From assembly GCF_032118995.1 (NCBI RefSeq), contig NC_092652.1, positions 15,752,336 through 15,816,335 of the forward strand: DNA of 64,000 nucleotides, given 5' to 3'. This stretch comes from Asterias amurensis. Lineage: Eukaryota. The notes under the pieces were generated by a model that saw only the letters and a list, made by a program, of their open reading frames with translations, made no database searches and had not been told where the DNA came from. Shown in pieces: positions 22,147 to 33,090 of the stretch. The stretch's first letter is position 1; each line of letters starts with the position of its first letter. The translations under genes and the position numbers were made by a program.

Positions 22147-23093
22147 TGTAACGAAATGGTACCGCGCGGTGGCGCTCCAGGCTTAGCGCGAGGGTAGGCG
22201 CCCTTAGCGCGCGAAAAGGCGGTTTGGCGCGGCGCTGGCTGCCGCGGGGCATTTTGGGAAGCACGCTGCTGCCTCGTGCGTGGGGAGTGCGTAGCGGGCA
22301 GTTGCAGACTGGACAGCGGATGGTACAGACGTGTTTTCAATAGTGGTGTTTAACAATTGGCGGGGAGGATTAAGGCGGCGACGTGACTAGCGTGTTCACG
22401 TGTCGGGAGTAGTAGCAGGGCTAGCGTGGGGAGTTTTGGGAGTTGCGGTGCGTGCTGCTGACAGTTGTGTAACCGAGGGGTAGGTTTTATTGGATTATTT
22501 TCTGTGTTATTTATGGCAAGTTGGACGTAGAGACGTGCGATAATCCACTCCCGTAAGGAGGTCACATTGCATTGTATTGTTTGCTCTGGAGTCCGAGATT
22601 CTATCAGGCCCTTAAGGCATATTCTATTGTGTATTGTATTGGTTGCTCGGAGTTCGGGATTTTATCAGGCCCTAAAGGCAGCTTTGGTTTTACTGTAAAT
22701 GCGGTTCAGTTACTTTAAGTTAGTTCCAGTTACCTTAAGGGATTTTCCAGTTGCTTAAGGGATTACCAGTTACTTAAGGGATTTCGGTGACCTTAAGTTT
22801 AGTCAGTTGCCTTAAGGGACCATTTCTGGCCTTAAGTAAAGGAAGATTGCGTAGTTGGAATCAGGAATTACTGTGCTTTCGTAGGGATAATAAATAAAAC
22901 GGATCAATAGTCAATCAGTAACTTGTCTCAGCCCTCACTCCTTGGAAGTCAACAGTTTCTTACAGTTTCTAGACCCCTTCCCCCACGTTTTTATTACATG
23001 CGGCGATATACGGTTGCCTAACGACCTCACCCCAAGTGCCAGCAGGACTACCGCTCGTCCTGTGCTGGTGACCACCAGACGGGAATCGCTACA
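22147..23093 (+). repeat. 3-prime LTR (947 bp)
   Basis: direct repeat of 16016-16962, starts TGTAACG ends GCTACA. Confidence 0.9.
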
Positions 23094-23193
23094 CTATTAA
23101 CAGTTCCCCGTTACTCATTACCAAGCAAGGTTTTATGCTAACACTTATTTTGAGTAGTTAATACTGATAATTTCACTGTCCACTGCCTTTAAA
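23094..23193 (+). mobile_element. MITE family A copy, 3-prime part (after LTR element)
   Basis: ctattaacagttccccgttactcattaccaagcaaggttttatgctaacacttattttgagtag...cactgcctttaaa. Confidence 0.85.
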
Positions 23194-23199
23194 CACCAG

Positions 23200-23336
23200 A
23201 TCTCAGTGATGTAGAATATGCAAAAGATCCCGTAGTAGACGTTGAAATCGGCCTCGTCAGTCAAAATGAAATATCAGACTCAATCACCCTACAAGCTGTA
23301 CACGTCAGAGCAAAACTACTGGATCTAGTGGCTGAG
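23200..23336 (+). CDS. PARP4: PARP4-like exon (start of VIT domain region)
   Basis: acceptor aaacaccag| 6 bp after MITE-A end; phase 1 matches exon ending 15290; donor gag|gtaagg. Confidence 0.6.
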
Positions 23337-23716
23337 GTAAGGTAGCATTCATAAAGGTATCAACTAATAGTTATCAACTAAGAGGTGTCTATCTATAAAC
23401 TAACATTAACAAGCTGAGGCATAACCATCAACTAAATCAACGGTGTCAGTGAAAGACCATAAGATATTGGCCAATCAGTATCAACTAAATATTACTGTTA
23501 CTGTTTCGTTTATTAACACACAATACAATAAACGACATAATTTGATGGGCTCTGTGAAATTGAGTCACATAGGGCGTATACGTTCGGTTTTTAACACATG
23601 CCTTAATATACCAAACTCATTTGAATCATACTTTAATCACATTTTCCATAATGTTTTTTTTTTTTAATGATCATAACATACTGTTTTGATGTGACTGTCA
23701 TTGTTCAATCAACCAG

Positions 23717-23935
23717 GTAGTGGTCTTGCAGTCGTATCGTAACAATAGTGACGAAACCATGGAAGCCAAGTACGTATTTCCACTAGACCAATCAGCGGCA
23801 GTTTGTGGATTTGAGGCTTTCATCAATGATAAACATGTAGTTGGTGTCGTGATGGAAAATGAAATAGCTCATAGGGAGTATCGCCAAGCAGTGGAGGCTG
23901 GGCACGGAGCTTATCTTATGGACGAAGAATTTCCT
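23717..23935 (+). CDS. PARP4: PARP4-like exon, VIT domain (YVFPLDQSAAVCGFEAFINDK...GAYLMDEEFP)
   Basis: aaccag| acceptor, cct|gtaagt donor; strong VIT-domain motifs (FPLD..AV.GFEAFI..K..VG.V.E...A...Y..A...G.GAYL). Confidence 0.8.
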
Positions 23936-24479
23936 GTAAGTTACTTGTTTATCATACTATGACAATAACTGGTTTGCTCCGTATCCGTTACATTATAACT
24001 GTTTTCATTTTTACTTTCACTAATTATTTTCTTGATCTATCCTTGACCGTCTTTGAATTAAAGAAATTGTACTTCATGTGTTTATTATTCTCCTTTTTTG
24101 ACCAAGAAGAAAAGAAATGTTCAAATATTAATAATAACAATAATAACAATGATATAAATATGGGGGCTTATAATCCTTTGCAGCTAAAATTCAGTTATGC
24201 TACAACATTATCAGGCTGCACTGGAAAGTGCCTATATGGCAGTCTTACACCATAAGCACAGACAGAGGTTTGAGTTTTTCTTGAAAAACACTCATGGCAT
24301 AGGAGAGAACCATTGCATAAATATACATTGATACCTCACCATGCAATGCCTCAACAAGCAAACATTGGCTAAGCGACGAGTAAAAACCTTGTTTTTGACA
24401 GTGTCTTTTTGTTTGTCATGATGTGTAGAACAAAATGGTAACAAAGTTAACACTGTTTTCATGTTCTGTAATGTTTAAG

Positions 24480-24688
24480 CATGTGTTCTCGGTCAGCGTC
24501 GGCAATCTTCCCCCACAAGCTGATGTTCTCATCAAAGTGACGTATGTGACAGAACTTGCCGTGGAGGGCGACAGACTTGCTTTTAATCTTCTCGGTACGG
24601 TTGCACCATGGAAACGCCAAGAGGTTCTTGCTAAAGGAACACCCTCAGAGCGAGATGTTGTCGATGTTGAACTGGAAACAGTTTACAA
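24480..24688 (+). CDS. PARP4: PARP4-like exon, VIT domain (VGNLPPQADVLIKVTYVTEL)
   Basis: atgtttaag| acceptor, aa|gtaagt donor; VIT core motif NVGNL.P......Y. Confidence 0.8.
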
Positions 24689-24835
24689 GTAAGTTTTAGT
24701 TTGTCCGTTATGCTAGCGAAATTAAATATCATTATGATAAATTTACACTTTTTTGTCCATTTCTCCTTAACATAACCAAACAATATAGTGCCGTTCTTAT
24801 AACACGAGTTGTATTTGATGTGTTTGTTATCACAG

Positions 24836-24917
24836 GGAGCAGTCGATTCAAGTTGCAGTTTCTATGGCGTCTAAGATCACAAGTATCGAGTCAACTACAC
24901 ATTCTATTCTTGTTAAA
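24836..24917 (+). CDS. PARP4: PARP4-like exon, VIT C-terminal part
   Basis: ttatcacag| acceptor, aaa|gtaagc donor, phase 2-0 consistent. Confidence 0.65.
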
Positions 24918-24924
24918 GTAAGCC

Positions 24925-25330
24925 ATGGATTCTTACCCACACAAAATTCGAAAAGGCGGTAACAAAAAGGATACAGGATTCCCGGTGGGATTCTGGCACG
25001 ATTCCGCCAGGAATCCCGCCGTTTTGCGGGATTCTGGCATGATAACTTGCGAGAGAATTGGATGAATTTTTCGGGAGTCGGGATTTTGGTAGGGTTCCAG
25101 CTTGATTTTTGCGGGATCCTGAAGAGATTTTCATGGAATCCCGGTTAATCCAACTGGAACCCTGGTTAATCCAATCGAAATTCCGGTTGGTTCCGGCAAA
25201 ATCTCGGTTATTCCGACTGGAATCCCGGTAAAGCCCAGTTATCTAATCAACCGGAATCCCGGTTGATCCAACTGGAATCCCAGTTTATCCTATCAAAATC
25301 CCGGACAGTATCGTCGGAATCTTGTTTAAT
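24925..25330. repeat. Satellite-like degenerate tandem repeat (AATCCCGGTTRATCCAACTGG family)
   Basis: many ggaatcccggttaatccaactgg variants; same family as 33250-34110. Confidence 0.7.
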
Positions 25331-25682
25331 CCGTGTGTTTGTGTTTTAATCCCAAATAAAGGTAGACATCTACAACAAACTACCTTTCCTACACTTGAGA
25401 GGTAATTCTATCTGAGCGTTGAAAATTTGACACACTAAAAGCACACCCGGTGTTTGACCATTACGTTAGACTACAGGACACCTATTTTGGTTCCTGTTGT
25501 TCCTGTATTGAAGCAATCCCTATTGGAATGGTTTTGTACACAAATGACTAGTGAGGACCCATGAAAACAATGAACCGACTAGTGAGGACCTATTGTCCCT
25601 ATTGAAAAGTGTCCTCAGAGGGTAGGCCATACAAACACATTTCTTAAAGGTGATGTTTTTGATGTTTGGATTTCTTTCTCAG

Positions 25683-25820
25683 CAATCGGATAATAAGGCA
25701 TCCATCAAGCTCGGCAAAGACTCCAAACTCGATGAAGGGTTTCAGCTGTTGATTGGTATAGAGGAGATTCACAAGCCAAGAGTATGGATAGAGGATCCCA
25801 AAACAGGATCTGAAGACCAA
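25683..25820 (+). CDS. PARP4: PARP4-like exon (VIT-VWA linker)
   Basis: tttctttctcag| acceptor, caa|gtaaca donor; QSDNKASIKLGKDSKLDEGFQLLIGIEEIH. Confidence 0.55.
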
Positions 25821-26600
25821 GTAACACAGAATTTGACTGCTTGTTTTGTTTGTATCGTTTTGCTTTGTAGTTTGTTGTGTATTTTGTGAAGTTGTTTGCT
25901 TTGTGTTTTACTAACTGTATGTGAGTTTGTTTTTTATTAAACTTCATCGAAGTACTTCAACCAAAGACATATTTTGAACCAAATGTCCATGGATTGTAAT
26001 AATGTTTTTTAAACTTTTTTACATATCTATAGTATACAATTTAAACACGTTTTCCTTACAACAAAATTTTATGTTGTATTTTCTTTTGGTTTTCAGATAC
26101 ATTTTTCTTTGAATTTCAGAGGGATGTATGTAACAGGAAAAATAGTTCTAGATGAACCGGTCAATTAAAACTAGTTTCTGTGTGTATCTTTTTTTTTTAA
26201 ACGGGCACTTTTTAAGGGGCTTGTACTAGGAGGTATGATCAAATTGTCTGTGTGTTTACATAGAAAAGAAAAAACATTAATATATGACATTTTATTCTGT
26301 TATTTCTTTTTAAATAGAGTTTAGAATCTAGAGATCTCCGGAATTCAGATTGGGTTTCACCTGGGAGCTTAAGTATATTGGAGGGTTTCCTTTTAAAATG
26401 AATTTTGTTTACACAGCAGCTGCGATAAGAGAATATCGGGACATGAACATGTTTTGTGATTTGTTGCGACTGGGGTCACAAAGTTGAAAGGTTCTTAATT
26501 TGTTTTTGGTTAAATTTATGCGGTACAGTTTTATTTCAATAAACGAGATTTTCTTTTAATTTGTTTTCTTTGCAACAAATAGGCCGTCTATCTACGACAG

Positions 26601-26787
26601 GCCGCCATGCTGGTATTTTATCCTGAACTGGATGTGAGTAACTTAGCTAATCCAGAGATGGTCCTTGTGATGGATTCATCAAACTCCATGAAGGGAAGCA
26701 GTCTTGAAGAGGCCAAGAAGTTACTGCTTCTTATTGTGCAGAATCTTCCTTCAAGTTGTACCTTCAATGTGGTAGTCTTCGGTACAG
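26601..26787 (+). CDS. PARP4: PARP4-like exon, VWA domain start (MIDAS motif VLVMDSSNSM)
   Basis: tctacgacag| acceptor, cag|gtagct donor; AAMLVFYPEL...VMDSSNSMKGSSLEEAKK...FNVVVFGT. Confidence 0.8.
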
Positions 26788-27388
26788 GTAGCTAGGCCTT
26801 TATGCATCTATGGTTGCAGCTTTCACACACGGAAACCATGGGATTTTAAATCTCTAGCTAATGCTTCAAAGCTATTTTTGAAGATTCACTGTTTTTAGCA
26901 TACTTCATATTGATTTAAAATCAACAGGGGTACTTCAGAAGAAAAGGTTTCGCAGAATGCTTACTATCAATATCATCTTTAGCCCACCGATTGTTTATCG
27001 AAATTTAATAGAAAGTTGTATGGAATTACTGTTTTTCTGTCAAGAGGTATTTTTTTTATAAAATGTCAATATCATGGACTATTGAGATATTTTCTATAGA
27101 ACAAAACAAATTCTCAGAAAATTTAAGAGATTTACGTCGAAACTTTTGTAAAAAGGTCTACGGACTTCTTAAAAAAAATTCTACTAACTATAGAATGTAA
27201 ATGTTATGGAAGTTTTGAACAGTGATATACTCTAAAATATTCTATATACATTACAAAATATAGGCCTATAGAAACACACATTATTTTCTTTTAGTGGCCC
27301 CTCTTTTCTGTTGAATTTCTTAACAATTTATATTTCTAAATAATTGATCCACTACAAGTTATTTTAAGTCATAATTTTATTAGTCATT

Positions 27389-27540
27389 GGGTGCGTTCGT
27401 TAACCTTCCCTGGGTCGACCCCGGTGTGTGACCTGTTTTTTTTCCCAGGACGAACGTGTGCAGACAATTACCCACGTTCGTCCTGGAAAAAAACCCGCCA
27501 CACACAGTGGATGACCCAGGGAAGCTAAACGAACGCACCC
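27389..27540. mobile_element. Small foldback MITE (TIR gggtgcgttcg...cgaacgcaccc)
   Basis: 150-bp near-perfect hairpin; termini shared with element at 1401-1647. Confidence 0.55.
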
Positions 27541-27548
27541 ACTATTAA

Positions 27549-28148
27549 GCCGGTTCATACTTCCTGCGAATGCGAATGCGAAGCGAATTTGACGTGAATT
27601 TGACGTCACACCCTCCTATGGCAAGCCATATGCCCAATAATTCGAAAAACAGTGTTTATCACCGATAACTCTGTTTATCGAAAAACTAGGTTTATCAAAA
27701 AACCTTGTTTATCAAGTGATAAACTGTGTTTATCGAAAAACTCTGTTTATCACTTCGAAAAACTCTGTTTATCGCTTGATAAACAAAGTTTTTCGATAAA
27801 CAGTGTTTATCAGTTGATAAACACTGTTTATCTCGATAAACTCTGTTAATCGGCGAAAAACAGTGTTTATCGAGATAAACTAAGTTTATCAAATGATAAA
27901 CAGAGTTTTTCTCGAAAAACAATGTTTATCGGTCGATAAACAGTGTTTATCGGCGATAAACTTAGTTTATCGGCTATAAACACTGTTTATCAAATTTTTG
28001 GGCATATGGCTTGCCGTACCCTCCTTTCGCAGCGATTATCGCAAGGGAGTAAAGCAGAGTTCAACTGCTGCGAATTGTTCGTTGCGAATTTGTGACGTCA
28101 AGATTCGCTTCGCATTCGCATTCGCAGGAAGTATGAACCGGGCTTTAC
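27549..28148. mobile_element. Composite MITE with 42-bp TIRs and internal array of ~18 palindromic 17-bp motifs (GATAAACAGTGTTTATC)
   Basis: TIR aagccggttcatacttcctgcgaatgcgaatgcgaagcgaat / attcgcttcgcattcgcattcgcaggaagtatgaaccgggctt; array 27650-27990. Confidence 0.7.
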
Positions 28149-28169
28149 TGTGGGTATTGACCCCTTGCA

Positions 28170-28272
28170 CGTATGTGCGGCACCATAATGTAGCCCGAGC
28201 CCTAAATGTAGCCCGGACCTAAATGTAGCCCCAAGGGCTCGGGCTACATTATGGTGCCGCACACACGTACGT
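28170..28272. repeat. Near-perfect ~45-bp-stem hairpin
   Basis: tgtgcggcaccataatgtagcccgagccc ... gggctcgggctacattatggtgccgcacaca. Confidence 0.75.
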
Positions 28273-28568
28273 CACACGCGGCGACTGTGCCACGGTCACC
28301 ATACTGGTGGGCAAGAGGTTTACATGTATTAAAACGCTGTGTCTCCTAAAATGTGCACTTCACTGAATAACGCACAGAGTATCATTGTCCACCAGAATGG
28401 CGGGCTGAAGATTACTATAGGTGAATTGGGTCAAAAACAGTTTCTTTTCGGATTTGACTCTCTCTCTCTTTAAGTTGTATTATGTAACTTATGATAAATA
28501 GGTCTTGCAAAGGTTTGAATGACATTCTTCTCCTTTGTTCTCCTTTGTTTGCTCATTTTCGGGGACAG

Positions 28569-28827
28569 AGTTCGATGAGCTGTTTCCCGCAAGTCAACAA
28601 AAGAGCACAAAGACTGTTAAATTAGCCAGGGAATTCATTGAGGGATACAATGTTGGAGGAGGAACTGACTTCTGGCGCCCATTGCAGTCACAGAACTTGC
28701 TGAAACAGGAGCGCGCGCATAGAAATCTGTTCCTGGTAACTGACGGCCATTTGAATAACGAAGAAGCGACTTTGAGAGCTGTTGGACGCAACAGAGCCTT
28801 CACAAGAATCTTCACATGTGGTGTGAG
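28569..28827 (+). CDS. PARP4: PARP4-like exon, VWA domain (GGGTDFWRPL...LFLVTDGHLNNEEA)
   Basis: gggacag| acceptor with phase-1 join, donor ag|gtaaat; VWA metal-site motifs GGT..., TDG. Confidence 0.8.
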
Positions 28828-29282
28828 GTAAATTACGTCTACAGCAAGTGTTAAACTAAAATTGACAATCCATAAATGATGAGGAAGTGTTAAGCTAAAA
28901 TGTTCAATCTATATTTGGCCATTAAATTTCTTACCCATACTACAGGGCAGGTTTTGGCCATTCCCCGGGGTGGCACCATTAGCCGGGATTGACCGGGGTA
29001 AAAGTAGTCCAAGTGTGGAGGCTGGCCGGCACTTAATCCCGTGGTTGACTCTGGGGAATAGAGTTGCTTGAAAAGGGCTAGTTACTTCATGAAGTGATAT
29101 TTGGCTAAATGGTCATCATAGATTTGTCCTTTGAAAACGTAAAGGTTTGCCCTATAACCAAATAACTTTATGCAAAATTCAATGCTTGAATCATCAAAGG
29201 AACAAATATTCCCCTATCTGCTTCATTAGTTATAACTAATATCTTGAGATTGTCTTAACTTTGTTTGATTTGACTCATGTAG

Positions 29283-29382
29283 TGCGACAGCAAACCGTCA
29301 TCTACTTGCGGCCGTTGCAAGACAAGGTGGAGGAGCTTTTGAGTTCTTCGACAGTGCAGCGAAATCAACCTGGGAGAAGAAA
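29283..29382 (+). CDS. PARP4: PARP4-like exon, VWA end
   Basis: tcatgtag| acceptor, aaa|gtgagt donor; ATANRHLLAAVARQGGGAFEFF. Confidence 0.7.
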
Positions 29383-29859
29383 GTGAGTGGGCCTAACATT
29401 GAGGTTGAAATTTATGCCCATTAACTACTTGCTTAGTCAAGCCAAAAAGCACACCCAAAAAACTTTAGTTACTGCCCTTAATTTGTATTTTAATAGGAAC
29501 GTCAGCAACTTTTGCCAAAATTTGATTTTGGCACTTAGAAAGAAATATGTCTGTTATATCAAAAATGTATTATTTTTTTATTAAACAAGAGATATATTTA
29601 CAGGAGCGGCATTTGAACCTGCCACTTCCGCATTTAAACGTGCCGGTGCTGGAGAGAAACCTGTTCACCGGAGATTCTGACCCCCATAGGGGAAATTAAC
29701 GTGGGCTGGAGATGATGATTGAGAAGAATTTTGTACACTCGCCACATGGGGGACAGAATCACCAAATGAACTACCTAGCCCTTATGTTAACGGTCCCCAA
29801 TGTTGTCAACGTTGTTTATGCAAAATGAATGTTGTATCAATTTGGACCAACTATTGTAG

Positions 29860-30030
29860 ATAAAGCTCCAGGTGTCCCGAGCCAGTCAGCCTGCCGTAAC
29901 GTCAGTGAGTGTCCAGTGGAATCAAGGCGGTCAAGATAACTTCTCACTACTCCAAGCTCCTGCTCAAATCACCTCCTTGTTCAGGAAGAACCGTCTCATT
30001 GTCTACGGGCTGCTGCGAAACTTTGCCAAG
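29860..30030 (+). CDS. PARP4: PARP4-like exon (post-VWA region)
   Basis: ctattgtag| acceptor, aag|gtacgg donor; ...VQWNQGGQDNFSLLQAPAQITSLFRKNRLIVYGLL. Confidence 0.65.
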
Positions 30031-30554
30031 GTACGGGATGGCATCGACTGTGAATTCATACCCTTAAGCCTGAAGAAAATGTGACGCTTAAATTTAACAG
30101 TCAAAATAGACTGTGCAAGTCTGTAGGTCTATAATGTGAATGATGGGGCCCAAGTTGTTCTGTTCTATACTTCAGGCCCTTGGTTTTCGGTATCTATTTC
30201 ATGACTGTGCCAGCATCCATGGTGTCAGTAATTTGTACACCCCAGCTTTTTTCAGTGGCACAAACAAATTCACTCAAACCCAAAAAAGTGACATTATGAT
30301 GAGTAAACTATGATTTAGCAAAATGGCTGATTCTTAACTTTATACTACAATCTACTGATCAGGTTATTTCATGGCAAAACAGCCTAACCCGAAAAATGAC
30401 ATTAAAAAAATTGTTTTGTTAAAGAACATGACGAAGGTTTACCCCGAGAATATTATGCCTTTGAATTTTTAAACAGGAAAAGTGCCCTCAATTTACTGTC
30501 TAAGGTAGAATGATTGTAGTTAATGCGGGTTTTGTGTATTGTTTTCCTCTATAG

Positions 30555-30635
30555 GCCACACTTTTTGCTGAAGTAAACGGCAAAAAGTTTGAGACAGTAC
30601 TCTCTGCAATAGACCAACCGCATACCGAAGGAAAT
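30555..30635 (+). CDS. PARP4: PARP4-like exon
   Basis: ttttcctctatag| acceptor, aat|gtaaga donor, 81 nt phase 0-0. Confidence 0.55.
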
Positions 30636-31400
30636 GTAAGAAACTTATTTAGTTGATTCCCGTCATAAGCTCTGAAGAATCATGTTCTTATCCTAGGGGG
30701 AAAATACAAAAAATCTATCTCTATATAGGCCTACATGTATTAGCATTTAGTTATTTAGGATTCAATTCGTATTGTTTAGCCTTTGGTTGACCAATGCTCT
30801 TTATTCGATACGTTATTTCAACCCTGGGACTATATATAGGACTCTCTGATGATCTCACTCAAGTCTTACGTTATTAAACGTTACCATTATCACTTATTCA
30901 TAATACCTCAGACAGTTCCGCGCGTCACGTGGGGTGTTTAAACGGTCGTTAACCCACACCTGTGACGTCATGCTATTGTTAAATCGCTCCATTATTTTGC
31001 ACGAATGGCGCAATGGGTACAACTATTCACCCGTTATGCAAACGTGAAACTGTCATCATAGAGTTAAGAAATAATAAAACATAAGGACCAGCTGGAGCTC
31101 TGTTTATAACCGGACGTTTTCGGATACTACGCGCTAGTCTGTGTGCAAGACGTTTCTCGTTACGGGCGATGCGGGCGCTGTTGGTGAGTGGGCCGCGCTG
31201 TGTGTGAAAGAAAACGAGAAACGTCTTGCACCAAGACTACTTCGCACACGAAGCATATCCGGAAGGAAACTTTCTCAGTCATACAAATGCAACACACGTA
31301 CAGAGCTCAGGGACGTCGGAAAACGGATAAGTTTTACATACTTTATTACGCCTTTTAACGAACACGGCATTTATGAATGGGATTAAAAGAGTAGTGACTC

Positions 31401-31479
31401 TTGCAGGGTCGTGGCCGTGCGATAATAAAAGGCGCTCGCCTTCGGCTCGGGCCTTTATCACACGGCCCACGACCCTGCC
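31401..31479. repeat. Near-perfect 35-bp-stem hairpin with TTCG loop
   Basis: gcagggtcgtggccgtgcgataataaaaggcgctcgcc ttcg gctcgggcctttatcacacggcccacgaccctgc. Confidence 0.75.
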
Positions 31480-31888
31480 TGATCCATAATGAATGGCCTA
31501 AAAGTCCATAGTGTAGAATAAAAACAGCGTTCCCTCTAGGAAGAATGTTTTCAAAGCGATGCTAAAAACAAGTACATCCCTAAAGAAAAGTTTACCGGGA
31601 TCCCGCGGGGAATCCTGACAGGATCCCGACGATGTCTTGTAGGATCCCAGCGAAATCCCGGCTCCATTTTCTTTGGCTATTATGATTGGGCTCAAAAACA
31701 CAATCAAATTTAACTTTCAGGGGTCATGTCAATTGCACTTCATGCCTGCGCAATATAGGAATAAATGCAGGCAAAATTGAGGGAACAAAATAATAATATC
31801 GAAGTCTTATATAGCGCACGTATCTACCGAACAAGGTACTCAAGGCGCTGAGTATATACAAACTTTCAGAAAGATAGGTAATTGCAGT

Positions 31889-32193
31889 GATGAATTTTGA
31901 GACCCAATTATTTAGCACCTTATAAGGGTTTACAAGGTGCTACGGCGCATATAGCAGCCACAGCTAGGAACACCGGGGCGAACCCCTTCTCTTTTCGAAA
32001 AGTGCACTGGGTTCTTTTACATGCGTTACACAACACATGGGACAAACGGCTTTACGTCCCATCCAAAGGACGAAGCAATGGTTAAGTGTCTTGCTTAAGG
32101 ACACAAGTGTCACGGCTGGGGATTCGAACCCACACTCTGCTGATCAGAAACACAAGAGTTTGAATTCGGTGCTCTTAACCGCTCGGCCACGAC
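31889..32193 (-). mobile_element. tRNA-derived SINE, full copy
   Basis: reverse complement has tRNA-like head (gtcgtggccgagcggttaagagcac...gggttcgaatcccc) followed by gcttcgtcctttggatgggacgtaaagcc body and ggtgctaaataattgggtctca tail. Confidence 0.65.
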
Positions 32194-32449
32194 ACTTCCA
32201 CGTCGCACGTTTAACATCGCACATTCAGTTTTGTATTTAATGTTGGCGTAATGCATACACGTTTTTACCCTCCCCCATAGTGCTCAACTCTATAATTATG
32301 ACCTTGCCTACCAATTGTGTCTGTATATTTAGCTTGCGTGAATGCAACTACCATATTTAAAGGGAAGGGTCAGTTAACATAAATTTAATTTTACTCTAGA
32401 AAAAAGATAGGTTAAACTGAATAATGGTTCAAAAACCTGCCCGACACAG

Positions 32450-32632
32450 ATAATCCACAAGTTGGCAGCACATGCCGTGATCAGTGACTGGGAAGAGGGC
32501 GTCCTTCACGCTGATCGCCTGGAACACGAGGCTCAAAAGCATGAGCTTACGTCACGAATTGTAGAGCTGAGCATTCGCCATTCGATATTGACGCCAATGA
32601 CAAGCTTCATAGCAGTTGAAGAAAGAGAAGAA
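32450..32632 (+). CDS. PARP4: PARP4-like exon (VWA5A/PARP4-type C-terminal conserved region, TSFIAVEEREE)
   Basis: cccgacacag| acceptor, gaa|gtaagg donor; AVISDWEEG...ELSIRHSILTPMTSFIAVE matches the conserved TSFVAVE region of VWA5A/PARP4 proteins. Confidence 0.7.
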
Positions 32633-33090
32633 GTAAGGAGATATAGTAGTATTAAACCCTTGCAGACAAAGTATAGGGTAGATAGATAATTTTGGGGGAA
32701 AATAACAATATGAAAGCGCACTGACTGTACAGTTAATAATATTCAGTACCAAATCTGTAAATGCTGTCTGACTTAAAGGCATAGAAGAAAACACTAGAAA
32801 TCGGTGGTTCTTATTTTGATGCTGCAAGTTGAAATAAAGCATTGAATTGTGTTTCACGAAAAAATTAACGTCGCGGTTAACACAGAGCAAAGTTCACCTC
32901 CAATTGTCGAGCGTTCTTTTTTTATAAAAAATTAATTTCGATTTGTTTGCTATTTCTTTTGACCCACCCACCAACAATCTCGAATTTTGTAAAACTTCGA
33001 CCATTCTGATGGGTTATTAAATGCTTAGTGTTGAATAGTGGAATGTTATTGGTTTATTTTAACCGTCCATCCTTATTGAAATATATCAAG

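Larger units (their letters stand above)
16016..23093 (+). mobile_element. Young Ty3/gypsy-type LTR retrotransposon lacking RT/RNase H (gag - PR-IN pol - C2H2 ORF3), 7078 bp
   Basis: 947-bp direct repeats TG...CA at both ends; PBS-like TGG right after 5-prime LTR; purine tract before 3-prime LTR; flanked by CTAT duplication; internal ORFs with CCHC, DTGA protease and HHCC-DDE integrase. Confidence 0.9.

Noticed and set aside
27650-27990. Regularly spaced short repeats resembling a CRISPR array
   Set aside because: This is a eukaryotic locus. The units are themselves palindromic and the so-called spacers are 3-8 bp, not unique 30-40-bp spacers. The array sits inside TIRs of a MITE.
32060-32193. 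tRNA gene candidates (also 50340-50420, 53925-54000, 57740-57830, 49600-49690)
   Set aside because: Each has a tRNA-like T-arm (GGTTCGA.TCC) but lacks a clean acceptor stem or is interrupted (e.g. a T7 run at 50385). Each continues into conserved SINE body sequence, so they are called tRNA-derived SINE heads rather than tRNA genes.
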